Shown: in pieces, positions 25,334-32,000 of the stretch
How the letters are laid out: the number at the start of each line of letters is the position of its first letter
How positions within the stretch are numbered: position 1 is the first letter of the stretch
NCBI GenBank assembly: GCA_028710695.1
Contig: JAQTTP010000002.1
Coordinates: 1-32,000 of the forward strand
DNA: 32,000 bases
From: Candidatus Iainarchaeum sp.
GTDB taxonomy: Archaea > Iainarchaeota > Iainarchaeia > Iainarchaeales > 0-14-0-20-30-16
Direction: 5' to 3'
Translations under genes and position numbers: made by a program
The notes under the pieces: model-generated
The model's input: only the letters and a program-made list of their open reading frames with translations
What the model was told of the DNA's origin: nothing
The model's database searches: none

Positions 25334-26050
25334 TTACTTCTTTTTTCTTCCTGATCTGCTTGCACCTACAGAACCAACTTTCTGTCCTGGAGTTGAAAAC
25401 TTCTTGGATACGTTCTTCTTTCTTCCAGATGAGTTGTGTCCACTTCCTCCGTGAGGGTGGTCTGCTGCATTCATTGCGTATCCTCTTGTAGATGGCCAAA
25501 CTCTTCCACCTTTTGCTCTCATTAAATAAAAATTATTTCCTGCCTTATAAAGTGGCTTTTCCTTTCTTCCACCACCGGCAACTCTTCCAATTGTACATAG
25601 GCAATCTGGTCTTATTATTTTCTTTGCCTTTGATCTTAATTTTACATATACACCTTTTTCGTCTTTTCCAATTATAATTCCAAAAGTTCCGCTTGCTCTC
25701 ATAAATGAGCCGCCATCTTCTGGAATAGATTCAATATTTGAAACTACAAATCCCAAAGGAACATTTCCTATTGGCATTATATTTCCGATCTCTGGTCTAG
25801 CTGATGGGCCAACTTCTAATCTTTGGCTTACATAAGCACCTTCAACTGCAGGGACATACATTTTTCTTCCATTTTCCAAAACAATTTCGGAAACTGGTGC
25901 AGTTTTTCCTGTGTTGCTAATTATACCAACAACTTCTGCTTTACAGTCATCAGTCTTTCTAATATCGTATTTAGCCTTTACACCGCTTTTATTAGCTCTG
26001 TATTTTGGACTTCCTTTTCCTCTTCTCTGCTGATGCAATCTTCTTGCCAT
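25334..26050 (-). CDS. rpl2: 50S ribosomal protein uL2
   Basis: RLHQQRRGKGSPKYRANKSGVKAKYD...ADHPHGGSGHNSSGRKKNVSKKFSTPGQKVGSVGASRSGRKKK. Confidence 0.97.
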   Translation of the reverse strand: MARRLHQQRRGKGSPKYRANKSGVKAKYDIRKTDDCKAEVVGIISNTGKTAPVSEIVLENGRKMYVPAVEGAYVSQRLEVGPSARPEIGNIMPIGNVPLGFVVSNIESIPEDGGSFMRASGTFGIIIGKDEKGVYVKLRSKAKKIIRPDCLCTIGRVAGGGRKEKPLYKAGNNFYLMRAKGGRVWPSTRGYAMNAADHPHGGSGHNSSGRKKNVSKKFSTPGQKVGSVGASRSGRKKK

Positions 26051-26075
26051 TTAATCACCTTTGAGCTTATCAAAA

Positions 26076-26330
26076 TTATATCATTCCTATCTTACTTGCT
26101 AATTCTGAAGCTTTGAATTCTTTTGTTAGCTTCACTATTGCTTTCTTTCTTCCTTTCATATCTTTTAGGATATTTACTTTTTCAACTTTAACCTTATATC
26201 TGTCTTCTACTGCTTTCTTTACTTCTGGTTTAGTTGCGTCTTTTGTCACAATAAAAGTAATTTTATTCTGAGTTTCAATCATATTCACTGCTTTTTCGCT
26301 TATTACCGGATAATTTATTTTTGCTTCCAT
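26076..26330 (-). CDS. rpl23: 50S ribosomal protein uL23
   Basis: YPVISEKAVNMIETQNKITFIVTKDATKPEVKKAVEDRYKVKVEKVNILKDMKGRKKAIVKLT. Confidence 0.94.
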   Translation of the reverse strand: MEAKINYPVISEKAVNMIETQNKITFIVTKDATKPEVKKAVEDRYKVKVEKVNILKDMKGRKKAIVKLTKEFKASELASKIGMI

Positions 26331-26372
26331 CTTAAACACCATTTTACTTCAAATTTTTTCTATCTCTAAATA

Positions 26373-27176
26373 TCATTCGTTCTTAGCTAATGCGTTCACA
26401 GCACCTTCAGTAAAGATTACTAATCTTCCTGCTTTTCCACCTGGAGCTAATTTCTCAACAGATAGGCTTTTAACAGTAGAAACATCTACCCCTTCTAGGT
26501 TTCTTACACCTTTTATTGCTTTTGCCTTATCGTCAGAAACAACAAAAAGGATTGATTTCTTTCTTCTGTAGATTCTTCCTCTCTTCTTTCCTTTTCCTGC
26601 CCTCATTGTTTTTTTCTTCTTAGCAGTTTCTACATCTTCTACTATCTTTAAAGATTCTAGAATATTATATATATCTTTAGTCTTGCCAATTCCTTCAACC
26701 TTGTCTTCTAATATTATTGGCAAAGTCATTTTTTCATCAAATTTATGCCCTTTTCCAAAAACTAGCTCTTTACTTGTTGTTGCTGCCAAAGCACATAACA
26801 AAGCTAATTTTCTTTCTTTCTTGTTAATCTTCTCTGCAATTACTGTCTGAACTTTAGGTGGGTGTGCCTTTGGACCTCCAACTACTCCTGGAATTCCAGC
26901 AACTCTTCCCTGAATCAGGTGTCTTGCGTTCTTTGTTCTTGGCTTTCTTGCTTCACCAACAGCAATCAAAGAATCTCTTATTCTTCTTTTTCCAACATAT
27001 AATGCTGATGTGTTTCTTCCTGCATCAATATATGTTCCTTTTGGTTGTATCTTTTTTGTCAAAGAAGAAACGTATGCCCTAGTTATCAATCTAGGTCTTA
27101 TTTCAGTATCAAAAGCCTTTGGCAAAGTCATCTGTTTCTTAACTTGCCCTGCTACGTCGTAAACATTTACTTTCAT
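26373..27176 (-). CDS. rpl4: 50S ribosomal protein uL4
   Basis: MKVNVYDVAGQVKKQMTLPKAFDTEIRPRLITRAYVSS...GRVAGIPGVVGGPKAHPPKV...KTMRAGKGKKRGRIYRRKKSILFVVSD. Confidence 0.95.
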   Translation of the reverse strand: MKVNVYDVAGQVKKQMTLPKAFDTEIRPRLITRAYVSSLTKKIQPKGTYIDAGRNTSALYVGKRRIRDSLIAVGEARKPRTKNARHLIQGRVAGIPGVVGGPKAHPPKVQTVIAEKINKKERKLALLCALAATTSKELVFGKGHKFDEKMTLPIILEDKVEGIGKTKDIYNILESLKIVEDVETAKKKKTMRAGKGKKRGRIYRRKKSILFVVSDDKAKAIKGVRNLEGVDVSTVKSLSVEKLAPGGKAGRLVIFTEGAVNALAKNE

Positions 27177-27189
27177 CTTTTATCAACCC

Positions 27190-28164
27190 TTAATTATACA
27201 AAACTTCTGAAATGTCGAATTTAGTATCAACAAACTTTCTTATTCCATGTCTTAATGCAACCATTCTTTTCTTTGGACCTGGAATTGAACCCGCAACCAT
27301 AATTGCATCTGATTTTACTGTTCCGTATCTTCCAAAGCTCTTTGGCATTTTTGAGAAATCGCATTTTCCTACATATTTACAGTTAAGAATAGTTCTATTA
27401 TGGAAACCCATCTGACCAGGCATTGGAGCAGTCCACATTACTAAAGGAGGATGCCATGCACCTATTGATCCAACTTTTCTTGCACCTTTCTGTGATTTGT
27501 GGTGTCTTCTTTTTACTCCGTATCTCTTTATTACTCCTTGGAATCCTTTACCTATGGATACAGCAGTAACATCTAAAGGAGCAAACTCCTTACTAAAATC
27601 ATCAACAGTTATTGGCTTTCCTAGTTTTTCCTTAATAAAAGCCATTTGCTCGTCTAATTTCCCAGATAGGTATAGTTCAACCATTTCTGATTTCTTCTTA
27701 GGCAATCCAGCTTCTGCGGGGTTTGTTTCAGCCAATATTACAGCATTAGAAATAATTTCTTTATTTAAATTATAAAAATCGTCCATTTCCTTGATGTCTT
27801 TGTCTTTTCCTTTTCTTAAAGTAGAATTAGTCTTATCTATATTCTTTGATAGGAATTTCTTGAACAGGAATTCCTTAATAGGTTTCTTTCCAACCTTTCC
27901 CTTATAGAATCTAATTCCTGCAACAGAAAGTTTCGGAACCTCTATAATAGTTACCGGAATTTTTACCTTCATTCCATTATAGGCGCTTCCCTTGTGCTTG
28001 TTAACTCCAAACACCTGGTGCATTCCTACCTTATACCCAAAGAAATTCTGCACTTTTATTCCGCTTTCTTCCTTGAATGTATTAAACTTAGGAATTATAG
28101 ATTGAGCTCTTACTCTTGGATAAACTCCTTTAGATCCTGCCTTTGGTTTACTTGTACGACCCAT
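27190..28164 (-). CDS. rpl3: 50S ribosomal protein uL3
   Basis: GRTSKPKAGSKGVYPRVRAQSIIPKF...KGFQGVIKRYGVKRRHHKSQKGARKVGSIGAWHPPLVMWTAPMPGQMGFHNRT. Confidence 0.96.
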   Translation of the reverse strand: MGRTSKPKAGSKGVYPRVRAQSIIPKFNTFKEESGIKVQNFFGYKVGMHQVFGVNKHKGSAYNGMKVKIPVTIIEVPKLSVAGIRFYKGKVGKKPIKEFLFKKFLSKNIDKTNSTLRKGKDKDIKEMDDFYNLNKEIISNAVILAETNPAEAGLPKKKSEMVELYLSGKLDEQMAFIKEKLGKPITVDDFSKEFAPLDVTAVSIGKGFQGVIKRYGVKRRHHKSQKGARKVGSIGAWHPPLVMWTAPMPGQMGFHNRTILNCKYVGKCDFSKMPKSFGRYGTVKSDAIMVAGSIPGPKKRMVALRHGIRKFVDTKFDISEVLYN

Positions 28165-28306
28165 TTTTCACACCTTTACATTTATTGCAATAAAAAAATT
28201 TTAATTTCTTTAAAATTTCAAGATTCAAAAACCCAAAAAAAGTTGAGTTTAGTTTAACTTATGATTTTACACAAGTTATTTTATTATATCTTATAATGTA
28301 CATAGG

Positions 28307-28315
28307 TTTATAAAA
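28307..28315 (-). promoter_or_regulatory. Candidate TATA box for the ribosomal superoperon
   Basis: TTTATAAA (palindromic) in the 193-bp AT-rich gap between the ASCH gene stop and the uL3 start; would imply a ~115-nt leader. Confidence 0.35.
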
Positions 28316-28357
28316 GATTCTCCTATTTTGACTCACAAAACAAGGCACAGTATACAA

Positions 28358-28798
28358 CTATTTCTTATAAATTCTTACTTTTTCAATATTTCCCACACAC
28401 ATCCAGGCACAAGCACTTCCAAATCCTGCCTTATTTATCTCAAATGGAGCTATTGCAACAGGATTCTTCAAAAATATTAGCAAGCAATAGTGCTTATTTC
28501 TAAATAATTCCACAAATTCAGGAATCTTCTTCTTTTCAAGTCCATCTGCATCGCCATACTTATTAAGGATTTCTCCTACCTTTTTTGAATTTAGATCAGA
28601 AAAAGACAAAACCTTTTCTACTTCTGCCTTTACAGTTACTGGTTCTCCAGAATCTTTAAAGTAAACAGTATCTCCAACTTGTATTCTCCCCCAAGGCGGA
28701 TATTTTGCCATATACCACCTACTTTCTATCTTCTTCTTTCCTGAGAGAATCTTTGGGAGTAGTTTCCAATCCGTTCTCATAATTGCTATGTGGTCCAA
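28358..28798 (-). CDS. ASCH/PUA-like domain protein
   Basis: MRTDWKLLPKILSGKKKIESRWYMAKYPPWGRIQVGDTVYFKDSGEPVTVKAEVEKVLSFSDL; GKKxIE-RW and VGD..YF pattern typical of ASCH domains. Confidence 0.75.
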   Translation of the reverse strand: MDHIAIMRTDWKLLPKILSGKKKIESRWYMAKYPPWGRIQVGDTVYFKDSGEPVTVKAEVEKVLSFSDLNSKKVGEILNKYGDADGLEKKKIPEFVELFRNKHYCLLIFLKNPVAIAPFEINKAGFGSACAWMCVGNIEKVRIYKK

Positions 28799-28800
28799 TA

Positions 28801-29448
28801 TTATGGCCTCCGGTGTAATCTAACCATTTCATGTTTACAATGATCACAGAAGGTAATTCCGTTCTTATGTAATTCATGTGCCCTTCTTTTTGCCCCGTCG
28901 CCTTCTCTTGATTGTTGCATTATACAATCATTTGCACAGTGTACTCCCAAAAGTTCATAAGTGTTTTTTCTGCCTTTGGGGGTTGCCCCATACATGTGAC
29001 CCAATTCATGGGTCATAACATACTTAAAATGAACAGGATCAAAAACTCCAGAATTATAAAAACGATTAGTTGAAATTACTACAATATCCCTACCATCATG
29101 GGTAAAATGCCCTCCATGCACCCAACTTGTTGGTCGTCCACTATTATGCGCATACAAATCTTCTGGAATTAGCATTATTATTCTTGCATCACGGCCACGA
29201 CTTTGTACAAAAGGATGTTTTACAATATTTCCAATCAAAGCTTCTATTTCTACCTGTCCTCTTTGTGAATTAACAGATTGGCCCACTAAGCTTCTAGCGA
29301 CATTATATCCTTCCATATCAACTTGGCCAGCAGTTTTATCCGAATGTATTGTTCCAACTATTCCGGCCATATGATTTAATACAGAATACAGTACTTGGCC
29401 AGGAGCAAAACCTTTGCACCCATCCAATAAGACAACTTCATGAGTCAT
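28801..29448 (-). CDS. Archaemetzincin-like (M54-like) zinc metalloprotease
   Basis: YVMTHELGHMYGATPKGRKNTYELLGVHCANDCIMQQ...ITFCDHCKHEM: HExxHxxG, HCx4CxM, CxxC. Confidence 0.75.
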   Translation of the reverse strand: MTHEVVLLDGCKGFAPGQVLYSVLNHMAGIVGTIHSDKTAGQVDMEGYNVARSLVGQSVNSQRGQVEIEALIGNIVKHPFVQSRGRDARIIMLIPEDLYAHNSGRPTSWVHGGHFTHDGRDIVVISTNRFYNSGVFDPVHFKYVMTHELGHMYGATPKGRKNTYELLGVHCANDCIMQQSREGDGAKRRAHELHKNGITFCDHCKHEMVRLHRRP

Positions 29449-29465
29449 ACTAAAAGATACACAAT

Positions 29466-30176
29466 TTAGTTATTATTTGTTTCTTTTTTGAAAAAATAGT
29501 TTTCTATTCCTTTACCGTGGAAGTTTTTAGAAACAAAAATTTCTATTCCTTGCAAATAATACCCTGCCCGTTTATTTCCTTTCCAAAGAATAATTACTTT
29601 GTTTTTTTCAAAATCTTCTTTTTTAATATTTGGATTTATTTTATTACAAAAAGAATAATCTTTTACAGTATAATTTTTTTCAGTAATTCCAAAAGGATTA
29701 TTTGCATAAAAATATTTTTTTGAATTTAATATTTTTTCAACAGTTAAATTCGTTTCATACCCATCTAGCATCAATTTAAGATATTTTCTTGGAACATTAT
29801 GTGCTGATTTTTTTACTAGTTCTTCTAAATCAAATTTAAAGTCAGTATCTGGCTCAGCCAAATAAACATTATATCCTTCTAGCAGCCCCATTTCCAAATA
29901 AGGTTTTATTTCCCAAGCACAAATGTTTGCATTATCTACCACCACTGGGCTTAATCCTTTTTCCAGCGCGTCCTTTACTCTATTCCTATTCCAGTCATGC
30001 GCAATATTTGCTTTTTCGATACAAAAAGAATATTTTCCATCTTTTGTAAAATAATCATCCGTGCTATACACATATTTTGATAGAGTTTTTGCATAAGTGG
30101 TTTTTCCGCTTCCAGATACTCCACGCATAATTAGTAAATCTTTATTTTTTTCGCCTTTATAGATAAGTTGTCTCAT
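29466..30176 (-). CDS. P-loop kinase/ATPase, N4BP2/polynucleotide-kinase-like
   Basis: LLIMRGVSGSGKTTYAKTLSKYVYSTDDYF...HDWNRNRVKDALEKGLSPVVVDNANICAWEIKPYLEM. Confidence 0.75.
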   Translation of the reverse strand: MRQLIYKGEKNKDLLIMRGVSGSGKTTYAKTLSKYVYSTDDYFTKDGKYSFCIEKANIAHDWNRNRVKDALEKGLSPVVVDNANICAWEIKPYLEMGLLEGYNVYLAEPDTDFKFDLEELVKKSAHNVPRKYLKLMLDGYETNLTVEKILNSKKYFYANNPFGITEKNYTVKDYSFCNKINPNIKKEDFEKNKVIILWKGNKRAGYYLQGIEIFVSKNFHGKGIENYFFKKETNNN

Positions 30177-30194
30177 GTAAATCACTCTTCTTGT

Positions 30195-30503
30195 CTAAGC
30201 CTTATTATTAGCATATGACTTTTCTTTTATTACTACATATGAACAACACTTACTTTTTTTAATTATTCGGTGGAATTCATTTTTTTCTATCATTAATAAA
30301 TCCAATTTTTTTAAGGCCATATTTTTAGAACCAACTTCCAAAGTAAGAGACCCTTTTAAAACCAAGAAGTATTCTGCAAAATCTTTATGACTATGCTGAT
30401 CTTCAATTTTTAATGGCCTATTCTCAGAGTATTTTATTTGCAAAGGAGAGTTATTCCAATGCCCACAAAACCAGCCATCTTGATTTACAATATATTTCTT
30501 CAT
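30195..30503 (-). CDS. Cupin-domain protein
   Basis: HSHKDFAEYFLVLKGSLTLEVGSK-like block (IEDQHSHKDFAEYFLVLKGSLTLEVGSKNMALKKLDLLMIEKNEFHRI). Confidence 0.75.
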   Translation of the reverse strand: MKKYIVNQDGWFCGHWNNSPLQIKYSENRPLKIEDQHSHKDFAEYFLVLKGSLTLEVGSKNMALKKLDLLMIEKNEFHRIIKKSKCCSYVVIKEKSYANNKA

Positions 30504-30511
30504 AACAAGAC

Positions 30512-31321
30512 CTATTTTCTAAAATAAATCCCTAAGTCATATCTCTTCATTAATTTCCAACCTGCCTGTTTTGCTCTTTCTATTGTTGCGCTTGTAAGAT
30601 CTTTTCCTCTAAACTTATTTCCAGGATTTCCAGTATAGTGAAATAGAATACAACCCTCTTCTGCAAGCCCATACAAATCAGCATAGAATTCTTTTGTATA
30701 CAATTCTGGTGCGAATTTGAATGTTGGGGGATCATGCAAAATTTTTGTAAATTTTTCTTTTGATTTTTTTGCATAGTTAGTAGCATCATCAGTTATGATT
30801 TTTACATTTTCTTTTTTTAGTAATTCTTTTGTGTATGGATTATATGTCATTAATTCCAAAACTTCTTTGCTTTTTTCTATACTCACAACGTTCTTTGCTT
30901 TTTCCGCAAGCAAAAGAGTTTTGTATCCTGCGCCAGTACAAATTTCCAACACATCATCATATGTGCTTACTTCTAAACTATCCATCACGTTTTCATTGTA
31001 AGCATCAATCCCAAGATCTTTGGAAACATTCATTTTTACTGCGTTTATGTATAAGATTGGCTTGTTTTCATTCTTGTCTTTCCTTAGCGAGAAAATTCCA
31101 TTTTCATTTGAGATTTGTAGCTTTACTCCTTCTTTCTTTTTCTCATCATAGAATACAATATCTTCATTTCTTATTTTTGGGCATTTGTCTAATAGGGCTT
31201 CAAATTTGTCTATTGGCCAAGTAGTCTTTGATATCCCTAAATCAAAAGTAGTTTCAAAAGTAGTTTTGTTTTCTTTTTTAGCAATTAGATAATCCTGTAT
31301 GGTTTCCAAAGTTAAGTACAT
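30512..31321 (-). CDS. Predicted SAM-dependent methyltransferase
   Basis: VMDSLEVSTYDDVLEICTGAGYKTLLLAEKAKNVVSIEKSKEVLELM...KILHDPPTFKFAPELYTKEFYADLYGL. Confidence 0.75.
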   Translation of the reverse strand: MYLTLETIQDYLIAKKENKTTFETTFDLGISKTTWPIDKFEALLDKCPKIRNEDIVFYDEKKKEGVKLQISNENGIFSLRKDKNENKPILYINAVKMNVSKDLGIDAYNENVMDSLEVSTYDDVLEICTGAGYKTLLLAEKAKNVVSIEKSKEVLELMTYNPYTKELLKKENVKIITDDATNYAKKSKEKFTKILHDPPTFKFAPELYTKEFYADLYGLAEEGCILFHYTGNPGNKFRGKDLTSATIERAKQAGWKLMKRYDLGIYFRK

Positions 31322-31408
31322 ATTTAATTAAAGAAAGAATAGAATAAAAAGCAAATAGGGCAAGAACAGCATTAGTTAGGATTAAAGGATACAAGAAAAT
31401 AAGGCAAA

Positions 31409-32000
31409 TTATTCCTGCTTCACAAAAGCCCCATCTTTTATTGTTTTCATTATTATTTCTTTTACTGTATCTCCATCTTCATTCATTGTTGATTTACCGC
31501 TTGCACCATCAAAATCTTTTATTTTATATAACTCGTTTTTTATACATTCTGTATCTAATTTTCCACAATTATCATATGCTAATTTTAACATATACACCAC
31601 ATCATATCCCAACGCTGATGCACCAGAAGGAACGTTACCATATTTTTCCAAAAATGAATTATTGTACTCTTTTGATTTTTTGTTAGACAAATCAAAAAAA
31701 TGAGTATATATTGCACCATCCAATTCAGGTATTTTCAAAACTTCAGATCTTTCTATTGTATAGCCTGCAAAATAATTAAATTTCATTCCAAGTTCTTCGC
31801 TTTGTTTCATCATTGCCATTGTTTGTGAAGCAGATAAAATAATAAACATATTTTTCAATTGTGCATCTTTCATTTTTAAAATAAATTCTTTGTACTCAAC
31901 ATTATCTGGCACAAATTTTTCAGCAACAATAATTTTTCCGCCCAGATTTTCATATTCTTTTTTGAACCCTTCAAAGTAACTAGTCCCAGATTGGGTGTTT
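31409..32000 (-). CDS. Branched-chain amino acid ABC-type substrate-binding protein (LivK-like, type 1 fold), truncated by window end
   Basis: The frame stays open upstream of the track start to the window edge: NTQSGTSYFEGFKKEYENLGGKIIVAEKFVPDNVEYKEFILKMKDAQ...YDVVYMLKLAYDNCG. Confidence 0.75.
   Translation of the reverse strand, partial: NTQSGTSYFEGFKKEYENLGGKIIVAEKFVPDNVEYKEFILKMKDAQLKNMFIILSASQTMAMMKQSEELGMKFNYFAGYTIERSEVLKIPELDGAIYTHFFDLSNKKSKEYNNSFLEKYGNVPSGASALGYDVVYMLKLAYDNCGKLDTECIKNELYKIKDFDGASGKSTMNEDGDTVKEIIMKTIKDGAFVKQE

Noticed and set aside
31409-32000. LivK-like binding protein as part of a complete transporter or sensory system
   Set aside because: Truncated at the window edge and no permease or ATPase gene visible; cannot be supported.
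1-32000. CRISPR arrays, transposons, rRNA genes
   Set aside because: No regularly spaced direct-repeat arrays, transposase motifs or rRNA-like segments were seen on reading; the only repeats noted are short or coding-tail related.

Overview
The window is a compact archaeal chromosome segment, DPANN-like by gene style (inference only). Its core, about 6.5-28.2 kb and almost entirely on the minus strand, is a very long ribosomal-protein superoperon. In transcription order it reads uL3, uL4, uL23, uL2, uS19, uL22, uS3, uL29, aIF1, Rnp1, uS17, uL14, uL24, eS4, uL5, uS14 (missing from the ORF track), uS8, uL6, eL32, eL19, uL18, uS5, uL30, uL15, SecY, DUF106/EMC3-like, eL34, a CMP-kinase-like protein lacking the P-loop, eL14, uS13, uS4, uS11, Rpo3, an intron-containing tRNA-Leu(UAA), eL18, uL13, uS9, Rpo10, enolase, uS2. 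The left flank holds an LTA-synthase/sulfatase-like gene, a small Cys-rich protein, a GT4 glycosyltransferase, a membrane-anchored PLD-like protein, a DHH-phosphoesterase/methyltransferase fusion, and a convergent overlapping RHH/PIN pair. The right flank is a tightly packed five-gene minus-strand set (methyltransferase, cupin, P-loop kinase, M54-like metzincin, ASCH) and a truncated LivK-like binding protein. I do not see a clear novel defence-type system. The strongest unusual observations are: (1) uS2 ends at an in-frame UGA followed by a 48-codon Gly/Arg-rich tail and then a terminator-like hairpin; (2) near-identical charged-tail DNA is shared between uS9 (N-terminus) and uL22 (C-terminus), with related tails on uL5, eL32 and uL24; (3) a P-loop-less CMP-kinase-like gene sits in the operon; (4) the DHH-methyltransferase fusion; (5) the convergent RHH/PIN pair with an operator-like repeat array.
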